A stretch of DNA of 63,890 nucleotides, counting the filler, from Licmophora abbreviata (Eukaryota), in NCBI GenBank assembly GCA_900291995.1. It is 15 parts of 15 records of this genome, joined end to end, with 100 filler letters (N's around TTAATTAATTAA, not from the genome) between each part and the next. Parts side by side here need not be neighbours in the genome. Positions count along the whole stretch, not along the records: positions 16,276 to 23,831 come from OLMU01002348.1; positions 23,932 to 37,051 come from OLMU01002349.1; 13 more parts are not named here. One strand, written 5' to 3'. The notes beneath the pieces are model-generated. The model saw only the letters and a program-made list of their open reading frames with translations. It was not told where the DNA came from and made no database searches. Within the stretch, counting starts at the first letter, position 1; each line of letters starts with the position of its first letter. This document shows, in pieces, positions 21,352-32,483 of this stretch. The translations under genes and the position numbers were made by a program.

Positions 21352-21886
21352 ATCATAGTCTACTGTAGTTGTGGGCCTTGAACTTGCCTCTCCCCCGCGC
21401 TGCAAAGGTCGAAGTGTGATGCGTTCGTTGATTTGGAAGTCGCGCGCTCACTCACCGATTGCTTTTCAGTGATCAGGACTCGACTCACACGTCACGCTGT
21501 GAGATGGTCATTATAGTAGGAAAATGTCATGATAATTGTCGGCAACGCAATGAGTTTGAAATGAAATTGTCGTGAATTTCGTGGATGATGTGAGATGGAA
21601 AAGCGCTTTCGTTTGATCGCTTTGCTGCGGTTCGTCTTTGTATCACACTTGTTCTGGTACACCCTACCTGGGCGCTGCGTCAACTACTTTTCTTCCGACA
21701 GAATATATTTTAAGAGATCATCCCAATTTGAACCCGCCAGCCCAACCGTTGCAGCGCTCATAACCGATGTGCCGGTATGAACCGGTTCTAGTCTAGCGCC
21801 TAGCGCCGCCTAGTCTACTTCGGGTATGATACAACAAAAGTGCCGCGAACCTTGTCGCGTCGCTCTCAGAAACTGTTTGGCGCTCA

Positions 21887-23539
21887 ATGTTCTCGTCAGC
21901 AATGATTCGCCTCGCACGAGCACACTGTAGTAGTAGTCATGTTCCACAGAGGACGGGAAAGAGACGATGTCGTTCCTCTCGCTCTTGGCATTCAGTGCAA
22001 ACCGCAGAACGTCGCACAGTTGAATCCGACACCGAACAGATGACCATTCCTCTCACCCTGACAGACGTGCACTTGAGGAATGAACAGCTGCCATTTGCCT
22101 ACTTCTTTGAGGAAACACTCGAAATCGATATCTTGATGTCGTCTCTGAGGCGCGTGTTGCGTCGGTACCCCATTTTGGGAGGGGCACTCAATCTGCAAGG
22201 CATACCAGCGATTGAATGCCACCTCCGCGACTATGTCCCTGTAGCGGTCGGCACGTCTCCTGTACCACTCTCGGAGTGGCTACAAGACATGAAATTCCAA
22301 CAGCATATACATCGCGTGGGCCACCATCCAGAGCTGCTACCGCTCTTTGATGACTTGACTTCTGAACGCTGGTCTAAGGTCGAGGCTGAAAACGCTACAA
22401 AGGGGACGGGCACCGATACAACTCGAGATTGCCTGGCAACGATTCGAGTTACGTATCCCTCCGGAGGAGGTACAATTCTTGGTATCAACATATGCCATGC
22501 ATTGGCCGATACTGCCTCGTGTTTTCGGTTTGTACAATGCTGGGGTCGTGAAATGCGGGGTCTCGACTATCCACAAACGGCATCCAATCAGCGTTCTGAG
22601 GCGACTTGCTCTGGAATGATAAGTCCAGAACTTGCCGAGATTTTGGCCTTCAACCGTGCAGGTACCAACGCACATAGCAGACTGGCGAACCCTACCTTAT
22701 GGAGCGATGCACTCTACGACCTCTTGTCTTGGGGACATTTAGACAAAGATGAGAGAGAGTCATTGCCTCAGATGCCCCCCATTGCACATATTGATGCTAC
22801 ACATGAATATATAGAACTTCCGTTCTCTTCTGATCTTCTTGGGATGGTGAAAGCCTATGGCATCGAGCACTGCTCGTTAGACCAGTACGATAGGGAGACA
22901 ACATTCTTGTCTACTAACGACATGGTGACAGCATTCAGCTGGCTATTGAAGCGACACCTATCTGGTCAACACGACTGGAGCATGAGTATGGTGGTGAATC
23001 TCCGGGGCCGAGGGGGTGTGGACGCCTTCAGTCAGATTGACGACGGCGATGGAGTCTCTGGCGTCTTCGGCAATAGCATCACGAACATCGTTGCTGACAT
23101 GCCGACCTCACATGTACAGCTCAACGATTCAGCGCAGGCTTTCCTCGTCACACCATTGGATGTTGCCATTGCAGCAGTTGCGATCAGAAAAGCTCTTTCG
23201 AGCGGAATTGCCGATATTTCGGATAGGGTTAGTCTATCTCGCCTTGGGAAAGCACAGAGTGCGCCAGCAGGCTTCAGCTTCGCAACGTCGTCCTGGCAAC
23301 AATTCCCTCTGTGGGATATATCATTCACCAATGGAGCTAGCCTTGTAGGGTTCCACGGCCACCCCAGTCAAGCTCTCCCTGAGGGGCATTCGTTTATGTC
23401 GATCATCGTGCCGTCAATGCATGGAGGTTGTCTTCTCCATGTGCTGGCTCCCCTTGGAAAAGCAAAAGAGGCACTGGAGATTCACTGTCAGCTTTGCTCC
23501 TTATTCGCTGAATGGAGTGGTAGTCCAGGATCTGTATAA
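21887..23539 (+). CDS. BAHD/Transferase-family (HxxxD) acyl-CoA acyltransferase
   Basis: SLRRVLRRYPILGG, catalytic CHALADTAS, LSTNDMVTA, VNLRGR, FGN, SSW..FP..DISF. Confidence 0.8.
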   Translation: MFSSAMIRLARAHCSSSHVPQRTGKRRCRSSRSWHSVQTAERRTVESDTEQMTIPLTLTDVHLRNEQLPFAYFFEETLEIDILMSSLRRVLRRYPILGGALNLQGIPAIECHLRDYVPVAVGTSPVPLSEWLQDMKFQQHIHRVGHHPELLPLFDDLTSERWSKVEAENATKGTGTDTTRDCLATIRVTYPSGGGTILGINICHALADTASCFRFVQCWGREMRGLDYPQTASNQRSEATCSGMISPELAEILAFNRAGTNAHSRLANPTLWSDALYDLLSWGHLDKDERESLPQMPPIAHIDATHEYIELPFSSDLLGMVKAYGIEHCSLDQYDRETTFLSTNDMVTAFSWLLKRHLSGQHDWSMSMVVNLRGRGGVDAFSQIDDGDGVSGVFGNSITNIVADMPTSHVQLNDSAQAFLVTPLDVAIAAVAIRKALSSGIADISDRVSLSRLGKAQSAPAGFSFATSSWQQFPLWDISFTNGASLVGFHGHPSQALPEGHSFMSIIVPSMHGGCLLHVLAPLGKAKEALEIHCQLCSLFAEWSGSPGSV

Positions 23540-23752
23540 AGCGAGAGGCGTATCGAGCACCTTCGTCTATTGGTCTACTGCCCTGGTCGAAGTTATCCGT
23601 CTACCTACTCGGCATTCCCCCGGGAAACAGAGTATGATACCCGTACCTGGTACCCGACCTGATACGAGCTACGATACGCCCGTGGGTTGCGCTGACGTCA
23701 CAATGCATTTGTGGTCAATTCTGTCCGAATTTATTAAGAATTCTACTTCAAA

Positions 23753-23965
23753 CGGAATTTTGCAAACAAGCGACCCGGTCCGCCGTACGCAACCAACGCT
23801 TATTTAACCGTCTTTTCATAACATCTATTATNNNNNNNNNNNNNNNNNNNNNNNNNNNNNNNNNNNNNNNNNNNNTTAATTAATTAANNNNNNNNNNNNN
23901 NNNNNNNNNNNNNNNNNNNNNNNNNNNNNNNCCCGTCTGACCGGCGATTTGTTTGCAAAAGTCCG
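23753..23965. repeat. Imperfect inverted repeats on either side of the gap (possible transposon/MITE termini)
   Basis: Left CGGAATTTTGCAAACAA..CCGGTC (23753-23780) vs reverse complement of the right arm CGGACTTTTGCAAACAA..CCGGTC (23939-23965); 16/17 identical core. Confidence 0.55.
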
Positions 23966-24021
23966 GGGTTTCCAAATTCTGATGTGATTGAACAGCTTCT
24001 CTCACTTCTTGACGTTTGACC

Positions 24022-24972
24022 ATGGTGAAAGTGCCTCAGAGCGTCCCTATTTTGGACCTTTCCGAAGGAGATGAGACGGCAGTCGCTATTCTTGATGCTG
24101 CTCTACGGCACTATGGCTTCTTTTACGTAAAGAATCATGGAATAGACGCTTCGCTCGTCGAACGCCAATTCGCTGTGAGCGCACAAATCTTTGAACTTCC
24201 CCTACACGCCAAGACATGTATGCCATTCGACTCCGAACTGGATATCGGCTACGTTGGTTCAGGTATACAGGCGCTGGATTCAGAGGGAACGTTGCAACAC
24301 ACTGGCGATACCAAGGAGCAATTCATGATGACCAACAACAAGCTCATCACCGACTCATCGACCTTGACAGATCCTAACGACGTCTTCAAGGGAAGCAAGA
24401 ACTTCTATCCAGACGTAACGGATCACGCTGCAGTGGCTCGGGAGTATGCATCTGCTGCGTACAAACTTAATTTGCGGCTTAACAAGCTACTCTTTGACGC
24501 GATGGGACTCGGTGAGACAGATCGGAATGCCATAGGCTCTAAACCATTTCTTGTTCTCAAACAGATGAGATACGCTGGTGATCCGTCTGATCCCTCCAAC
24601 GGAAAATTTGGTGCCGGTCCTCACACTGACTGGGGATCGTTCACAATCCTTGCGACGGATAGAAATCCTGGACTGCAAGTTCAGATGGGGAACGAGTGGC
24701 TTGATGTGCCTCCGATTCCTGGAATGCTGGTTATCAACAGCGGAGACCAGATTTCCTTTCTTGCCAACGATACATACCGATCAGCGGTCCATCGCGTAGT
24801 TACGACGTCGACCAGACCACGTTTCAGTACAGCAGTATTCACGTACTTCAATATTGATGCAGAGGTCGCACCCCTTCCAAAGTTTGGTCCGCCAAGATAT
24901 CCATACAGAAGGACGACGAGAGAACATTTTCACTTCAAACTCAAGGAGTCTGTTGGGGGCACAAAGAAGTAA
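24022..24972 (+). CDS. 2-oxoglutarate/Fe(II) oxygenase, IPNS-like
   Basis: GFFYVKNHGI, HTDWGSFTIL, GLQV, HRV, RFS. Confidence 0.92.
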   Translation: MVKVPQSVPILDLSEGDETAVAILDAALRHYGFFYVKNHGIDASLVERQFAVSAQIFELPLHAKTCMPFDSELDIGYVGSGIQALDSEGTLQHTGDTKEQFMMTNNKLITDSSTLTDPNDVFKGSKNFYPDVTDHAAVAREYASAAYKLNLRLNKLLFDAMGLGETDRNAIGSKPFLVLKQMRYAGDPSDPSNGKFGAGPHTDWGSFTILATDRNPGLQVQMGNEWLDVPPIPGMLVINSGDQISFLANDTYRSAVHRVVTTSTRPRFSTAVFTYFNIDAEVAPLPKFGPPRYPYRRTTREHFHFKLKESVGGTKK

Positions 24973-25271
24973 GCGGATGTTTGTTAGTACATGTACCGCT
25001 TGGCATAGCTGAAACTCTTGTTGTATCTAGAACCTACCAGGTATCGTACAGGTATCATAGAGTCTGTGTCGGCTGTACCGGTAGGAACCTAGGTCGTTTG
25101 TCGTTTCGTCCCATCAGATTTTGGCGGGAGCAAAGAACGGCTGATATCCGCTCGTCTGTCCGGCCGTGCTACTCCTGTCACTGCGCGCACGAACCGAGAC
25201 ATCTTGCGCAGTTTGTGGTGGTCAGCCATCACGGAGCATGACCACTCTTTCAAGCTTGCGGACCATGAACC

Positions 25272-28200
25272 ATGATGCTGTCGCGGGCTCTGGCGAATCA
25301 TCCAAGACATGTCCAGAACGCGTCGTCCATTCGGCGAGCTGACGAAGTGAGAAGGGGGCTTCAAAATGGATTGAGTTTTAACGCTTCGAGCTTGTCTACT
25401 TTGGCGGCACTACATCCTCTCGTGTTGGATGATCGAGCGACCTTCCAATCTCTTGAGACGCGTATTGAATCTGCATCTTCCTCCCCATTGTTTCAGCATC
25501 AAGTTCGCTGGAAGCGGAAAGGAGGAGCATCCGCGTTCTCCAAACCACGACCGCCTACTAGAAAGCAGCGAAAGACATACAATCGACGGCAACGTGATCA
25601 GTACCACGACAAAGTAGGGAGGCACTCATCGCCTGGATCCAAGGCTGGGCCGCGCCGACAAGCGTTCGAGCAAAGGTGGGAGGAACTACAAGACTGGGAT
25701 AAATCAGAGCCGAAACAATCGGGCAAAGACGAATACGGTTATGGTAATGCCCTCTTGGATGACCTTGTTGGAAACACTTCCGGCCTCACCAGCATTCCTA
25801 CTCCAGAACCGACATACCTGGGACACAAGTACCGCCAATTTTCCATTCGTGTGAAGGAACAAATGGACAATTATCGCTCGGAACAACAGCGTATTGCTGA
25901 TGGGAGCGCAGTGAACTCGAAGCTGAGACCAGCTCTTCCGACCGACCATTCCATTGCCTTGGCGTTGCGTGCGTACCGAGATCGACATGGAACCAAGAAC
26001 AAGCCCGTAGGAATAGCGAAAGCGCTCAAGTGCCTACTGACCGATCTCTCTCTCCCCGTCTCAGCTTTTGGAGAAGAGACTTATACAACATTGGTGACCT
26101 GTTGCCGCACTCCCAAGGAGGCTCGTCGCATCTTTCGGCTCATGAAGGAGAATCAGCATCCCGTCTCGAGTTATAGTTGGTCGATTCTCGTCGACATTCA
26201 TGCGAAGCTGGGCGATCCCGAAGGATGCGATGCTGTTCTGAAAGAAATGGTGTCGGAAGGTGTACCTCCAACAGTAGCGGCCTACACGTCGCTGCTCGCA
26301 GCCTGCTACAAGGTTTGTAATGCGGGACACATCCCGCCATCTGTGCGGGATAGAGCCGGAAGGCTGGGATGGGAGCGTTGGAAAGAGATGCGAGTGGTTG
26401 GGCTCCAACCGGATACAATGGCATACGGTGCTCAGCTTCGTTTATGCGCGGCCCGAGGACACCCAGAAAGAGCAATCAATGTTCTCGAAGAGATGCAGGT
26501 CATGGAGCAGAAGCCGACTACCCTTTGTTTTACTAGTGCACTACGGGCTGTGGCTCGAAGTCACCAGACGGCTCTTCGTTATGAGCGTGGTACCTCCAAG
26601 AAGAACATGCGAAGAGAAAACATCACCGCTCACCATGGAAAACTGGCTAATGAGATTCTAATTTTGGCGGAGGTCGCCGAAGTGGAACAAGACGAAGGTT
26701 TCACGGCGGCGCTCATTTTGTGCGCCGCGGCGGCCGGAGACACGGCGACAGCAAAAGCTATCTTTTTGGCAAGTGACATAAGAAAAATGGACCATCTACG
26801 TCCAATTGGCTCTAAATCCCATCTAGATATGCTAAGGGGGCCTGTGGACCACTCGGAGATCGAGAGTCAGCCGTCGTTGTTGAGATTGACGGCGTCTGAC
26901 CGCGATGTTGGAGATCTTGAATCTGGAAACACCCTTCAAACGCAGCCTGAAGAAGACAACTCTCTAACGGTACCTAGGGAGAAAGGACACGCGTCTTTCG
27001 GAGAGCGAGAGTATGGTCCCGATACTCGAAAGCTGTCGGCGTTGCTACACGCCTGCTCCCAGGCGGTCGACAAGAACAGTATCGGAGCCATGTGGGCGGG
27101 TAGAGAGAGCAAGGGGTACCTCTGCGCCAATTCACTTCGACTACTGGTCGCTCGTCCGCGACCTCAGTATCGTGATACCAGGATCCCAGGGCTCGATCCG
27201 ATAGAGGTTGGCCGAAAGAATGTGGATTGGCACGATGAGCCCGAGGCTATGGGGAAAAGGTTGCGGAGAGCCAAGTTTGAAGGGATGCAGTATAATGATT
27301 CGATCGGGTCAACCATCGATGACATTGACCCTGAGATGTACCCGAACTTGCTCGAAGAAGAAGAGTCGACCGAGAAAAGTCACCTTGATTTACTTGGTAC
27401 TCGAGAGAAATACCTGGAGGAAAAGGCGCTCAGATCCAAGGCCGAAGAAGAGGTGGTAGCCGCCCAGGTAGAAGAGACCGCGGAGGAGTGGTACTTTGAC
27501 GACGACGTTATGAAATGGAAAACGCGACCACGACTTGCCAAGGCGGCTTCCGTTTCCACTGACATTCCGGCAACACGGGAACAGTCTCCACCGGCTGACG
27601 ACAGCGATTCACGAAATGAAGAGGAATGGTATTTTGACGATGACATCATGCGATGGAAGACAAGACCGCGCCAGCTAAGAAATACTGGACCGATCTCTCC
27701 AGAGAAGACTCGGATCACTGCGCTTGAAACCCGCTTGCTGGAGGAGAAAAAATCGGTAAGACCGGAACAAAGGCGGCTTCTGCGAGCGAACCCCGTGTCT
27801 ATTGCACGTTACCAGTTGAGCTTGTTCGGGACATTTCGTCCCACGGTAGTCCACTCTGGATCGAAACACGGGTAGATCATGGAAGATTTCTACTGAAACT
27901 TCTCGATGGCTATTCTCGGCGGCTGTGTCGATGTGTATATGTCATCGTAGACGTTCCAGCCCGATCTCACATTCGTCTTTTTCGAACGTTCTTTAGCAGG
28001 AAACGATGGACCCAGGAACAACGGAAGACAGATTTCATGAGTTCTATGGTGGCCTAAAAGATGAAATCAAGGGAAGTGACGAAGACATTGAGGTAGATGA
28101 GGACGAAGCTCGCGAGCTGTTCAAGTTGGCAGAGAGCGAGTTTCCAGGACTTACCTCTAGCTGGAAGGGGTCGAATGCGACAAAAGACGGCAATTTCGAC

Positions 28201-29509
28201 TTGGGATCTTTGTACCAGTCTCTGAAGGAAGAGGATGACATCGACGAGGAATTGGCCCGGATCTTCGACGAGACGGACCAGGACCTCCCTGTGCGAGGCG
28301 CGCGTAATGGCGTTGATCAGTTGGAGACTGATGACGTGCTCATTGATCAGACTGAGAGTGTGCAGCGCTCTGAACATGCAGATGAGTTCGAATCAATCTA
28401 TGCAAGTCTGAAAGAGGAGCTAGCGACCCAGCAAAAAGTCGAAGCATTGTCTTCTGATAGCACGAGACAGGAGCCAAGCGAGTTCTCCTCGATGGAAAGT
28501 CCTACTCGCCACACTACAATCGATGGGATCTCGGAGGCAGAGTTTGTGAACAAAGCAGACATTAACAAAGAAGATATGATTTTGGAGGAAGAGTCTTCCA
28601 GAAAAATGGCAGCAAAGAATATTCCTGGTGTTGTTCCTGTCAGCGTCAGAGATGCTGAAGATTTGTCAATACAATCATTGAATGACGCGAGTGACCCTGT
28701 GATTGCTGAGCTCGGGTTGGCACTTCCAGGCATGCCCATGTCTCGTCTGAAGAAGATTCAAGACGTTTTCCGAAAGAATTTAAACAGTCCGTCAATGCTC
28801 GAGCTAGTTCCTCTTCTCCGAGAGAACATGCCGGATTTCATCTCGCAGGGATGGCTTCGAACGAAAAACCTTCAGAGTGCCCGGTTTGTGATGCAACAGG
28901 CGGAGGACGAAGGAATTGTTGACCTTCACATGCTGAATGGGATGCTTGAAGTGACAACCAACGCTGGCAGTATTGATTCAGCCTTGGCATACCATGATGA
29001 GCAGTTCTCCATACGTGGGAAGGTGAGTTTGGTTGGACTCATCGATTTCAAACTACGTCGTCGAAATCACCTTAATTACTCTTTCTTCTGCCTTTTCAAA
29101 GACTCCGACAGCGTACAGCGATCGCCTCGTCCTGCAGATGCTTGTTCGCAACAACCGAATGCCCCGCGCGCTCTCGTTCAAACAGGGAGTGGAAGAGGCT
29201 GGCCGCAATATTGATGCATTGTCGTACGGGTCTCTAATTGAATACTATGGCAGACGTCAACATCTGGGTTCAGCGATGATGCTCCTGAAGGAGTGTGTAT
29301 CGGTGCATGGGTCCCCTCCGGGTGAAAAGGCCCTTGCCCCGCTTCGACTTCTGTGTCGGCAAAATGACCTAGTGAGAGAGGTGGAGGTCTTGGCTGGAAA
29401 GGATCCAGTTGAATGGCTGCGGCACGGCGAGGCGAACTTGAAACGAGAAATGTCCAAGTCAGGACGGCGAGATGTGCAATACGCTATAAACCGTCATGTG
29501 GATGCTTAG
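25272..29509 (+). CDS. Pentatricopeptide-repeat protein, probably mitochondrial, 3 exons (introns about 27756-27999 and 29023-29101)
   Basis: PPR units (SWSILVDIHAKLGD, AYTSLLAAC, AYGAQLRLCAARG, SYGSLIEYYG); Arg/Ser-rich N-terminus; GT-AG introns join the ORFs. Confidence 0.85.
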
Positions 29510-29847
29510 CGAAGCCCGGCTCGAGCTCAGTGGGCATTCAGGTACACCTTCCTTTTAGATGGCCTTCACGGGCGGTCGAAAGTAGAGTTAGACGATGATA
29601 CCTGGTACGGCAAAATTATCATGCTGCATCGCAGAAACCATAGCCTACAGCGCGTTTGTTCAGAACTCTTTTCTAAAACATAAGAACCCGGAGGTCGGTT
29701 TTTGCCTCCAACTTCGTGACTGCCGCCGACGCCCGCAGTGTCGCCTCGTCGCCTCGTTCTGTTCACTCCATGACATGCGACCGCAAGATTGTCTCTTTGT
29801 TCTGAATCTCTCACCCCGCAACAGCAGTCTCACTTTCAACTTGCACC

Positions 29848-30779
29848 ATGGCATCCCTTGCCCCTCCTTCTCGTACTGTGGTTCAGACTCTGTCAGTTCA
29901 GCAGCAGTTTGCCACGCTCACACGCGATCGTGACCACCTCAAGACGCAGCTCGATGCAGCTGACCGCGAACGCACTCGCACCGAAACGATCATTGTTGAG
30001 CTCAAGCAGGCTCAGACGACCCTCACTACCGACATTCGCCAGGCTCATGCCACTCTTGGGGTCGAGAGCAAGAAGAAGCAGCTTCTTCTTCAGGAGAAGG
30101 GCCGTCTTGAAACGACTGCTACCAACGAACACCACGAGCTCCAAGAGTCGCAGAAGCACCTCGACATCCTCAAGCAGAAACAGAGTAACGAGAAGAAAGT
30201 CTTTCTCCAGCACATGCACAACGCCCAGAACGACCTGGAAAATATTTTGAGCAGTCTCGAAGAGGCTCGCTGGAAGCGCTTGATCTCTCTCGAGACGGCG
30301 GGAATGGCTCCTCCTTGCCAAGGCCAGGATGAGGCCATTCACTTGCTCCAGGACGCCCACGACAAGAAGCGCCACGAGGAGGAAGTACAGCAGCAGCTCG
30401 TGGAAGAGCTTGAAGGATGGCGTGCTCGTGCCAAAGAGGAGGTGAGTATTGGGTGTAGGCTCATTATCCTTTGTCGGACTGAGCCTCTTACAAATTTCGT
30501 TCCATTGCGCCTTGTGTCATTGCCGAGCAGCAGCCGGATGTCAACTGGAAGGAACTCGAACATGTCTGGGAAGAGAACGAAGAGCAAGACAAGCCCGTAC
30601 AGATGAACCTCTTCTATGGAGGAGACACTACGACAGTCGACGCCATGGAGGTCCACGCGCATGCGGCTGCGATGGACGAGCCTGCCGTGACAGCTGTAAA
30701 TGCTGCGATGGCAGAACAGCAACATGGCCAGCTCGATGGTATGCCACCTCCGGCTCCAGTGAATACTGGTACCATGTAA
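29848..30779 (+). CDS. Coiled-coil hypothetical protein, 2 exons (intron from 30442)
   Basis: Heptad-rich Q/E/K/L ORF, GTGAGT donor, second exon QPDVNWKELEHVW...TGTM*. Confidence 0.7.
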
Positions 30780-31181
30780 GAATCACCTTGGCTCTCACAC
30801 CCCTCCTGTCGCGCGTGATTCGATTCTCGCTCATGTCGGAGACATATGTACTTCTGTTTCTGAGTGTCGAGGTACGGCGTTGACTTCAAGAAATCCATGA
30901 ACATTGATTCTGGCAGTCGAAAGCAAGAATGTCCTTTCCTGGGTTGAACCCACTCGAGAAAGAATTCATTCTACTGCAAGCGGGTATAATCTATAACCAT
31001 CTTTAGCCAGAGCAGAAACGTGTCAAAACTACTATGATAAGCACGAACAATGGTTGTGCACCTAGCTAGCAACGTAGAGAATGCGAACGAATGTTCCTGC
31101 TTCACAGAAATAGGCTCGGCGATTTGCAAAGCAAGGGTACACAGGAAGCAAGAGGGCAAAAAGACTGAACACTTTCACCAT

Positions 31182-32483
31182 TCAAATCTTGATATCGCGT
31201 GGTACAGGAGGCGTGCTGCTCTTGGAGACCTTCAAGACGTTACCGTCTTCGTCGATAGGCTTTCCGTCATAGCGTGTCTTCGCGAACGCGGCCTTTGCTC
31301 GAACCTCGTTGTCTTCGGCGTGGTAAATAGTACGAATCAAAGTGGAACTGCAAGCTTCCGTCCGCGGAACAAAGTGGACTGGCATGACGCTCTCGACCCA
31401 CGGGCGTGCTGGGAAGTTCAACATATCGTCACCACGGGCATAGCAGCACGCCCCGGTCTCAATGTCTTGCTCCGATACCATGCTCTTGATGTAAAGCAGA
31501 GGATCTGTGGAAGGAATTACGTAGATCTGATCCACGTATGGTTTCACATTTGCCATGCGAGTTTCGAGGTTGTCAATTGTGTATTTCTGTTTCAGTTTGA
31601 AGTAGCTCTCGTCGTCGTGTATTCCTGCTACAATGTAGTAGCCAAACTCGCGGAGGGAAAGTAGAACGTTCTGGTGACCACGGTGAAAGAGATCAAAGCA
31701 ACCAATAGTGTATACCTTGCGCTTTTCCCAGCCATCCGGGAGGCGGGGCTTGAACGAGTCCACCTCGGCAAGGAGGCTCTTCACGGAAGCCTGTAGCTCG
31801 GAGAGGACGGTTCGATGGAGGAATTCGTGAGTTTCAAACAAAGCCCTGAGCTTTTCTTCGCGAACAGAGGATCCTGTGCGCTTGTCGAATTTCTTCAAGA
31901 TCTTGGAGAAGGCAGTCTGATTGAGGCTGAGGAACTCCAAGAGAAGGTTCAGCTCGCGAGCGAAGGTGCAGAGGGATTTCTTCGCGTAAATGAACGCCTG
32001 GAAGTGCTTCGATTGACCAGTTCGTCGATATTCTTCCTTCAGCCACTCGCTGTTTTTCTCCTTCTGACCCTTCTCCAAGTGAACGAGGCCCTGCTGCAAC
32101 CTGTAGTCCAGAGCGCTCGTTGGAGAATTGATAGACGCGAGATCCATGTCAAGCTTTCCAGCCGGCATCTCGTCGTCGGAGGTCAAAGAAGACTCCGAGC
32201 TCGACAAGGATGAATAGAGGGATGGAGACGAAGGAGATGTGGCCGAGGCACGTAGGTCCTCGACTCGCTGCTCAAGAGTCTTCATGTACTCCAAGGCCCA
32301 GCTTTCCTTATCTAGGTAGAACTTGGCCAGCTTGACCTGAGAGTCCTCGTAGATGCGAAAGAACTCAGTGTCATCAGGGATGCCATCGTTTGCCTTGAGA
32401 GCCTTTTTCATCGCCTTGTAGTCGACAGCGTAGAAACGCCACTCCTTGAGTGTGTTTTCGCGAAGAGTACGTCCGAACTTCAT
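31182..32483 (-). CDS. SPX domain - cytidylyltransferase (CTP_transf_like) fusion protein, 433 aa
   Basis: N-terminal MKFG..W..Y.DYKAMKK and LNQTAFSKILKKFDK (SPX); C-terminal YTIGCFDLFHRGH, VAGIHDD, RGDD, RTEACSSTLIR (HxGH cytidylyltransferase); one uninterrupted ORF. Confidence 0.9.
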   Translation of the reverse strand: MKFGRTLRENTLKEWRFYAVDYKAMKKALKANDGIPDDTEFFRIYEDSQVKLAKFYLDKESWALEYMKTLEQRVEDLRASATSPSSPSLYSSLSSSESSLTSDDEMPAGKLDMDLASINSPTSALDYRLQQGLVHLEKGQKEKNSEWLKEEYRRTGQSKHFQAFIYAKKSLCTFARELNLLLEFLSLNQTAFSKILKKFDKRTGSSVREEKLRALFETHEFLHRTVLSELQASVKSLLAEVDSFKPRLPDGWEKRKVYTIGCFDLFHRGHQNVLLSLREFGYYIVAGIHDDESYFKLKQKYTIDNLETRMANVKPYVDQIYVIPSTDPLLYIKSMVSEQDIETGACCYARGDDMLNFPARPWVESVMPVHFVPRTEACSSTLIRTIYHAEDNEVRAKAAFAKTRYDGKPIDEDGNVLKVSKSSTPPVPRDIKI

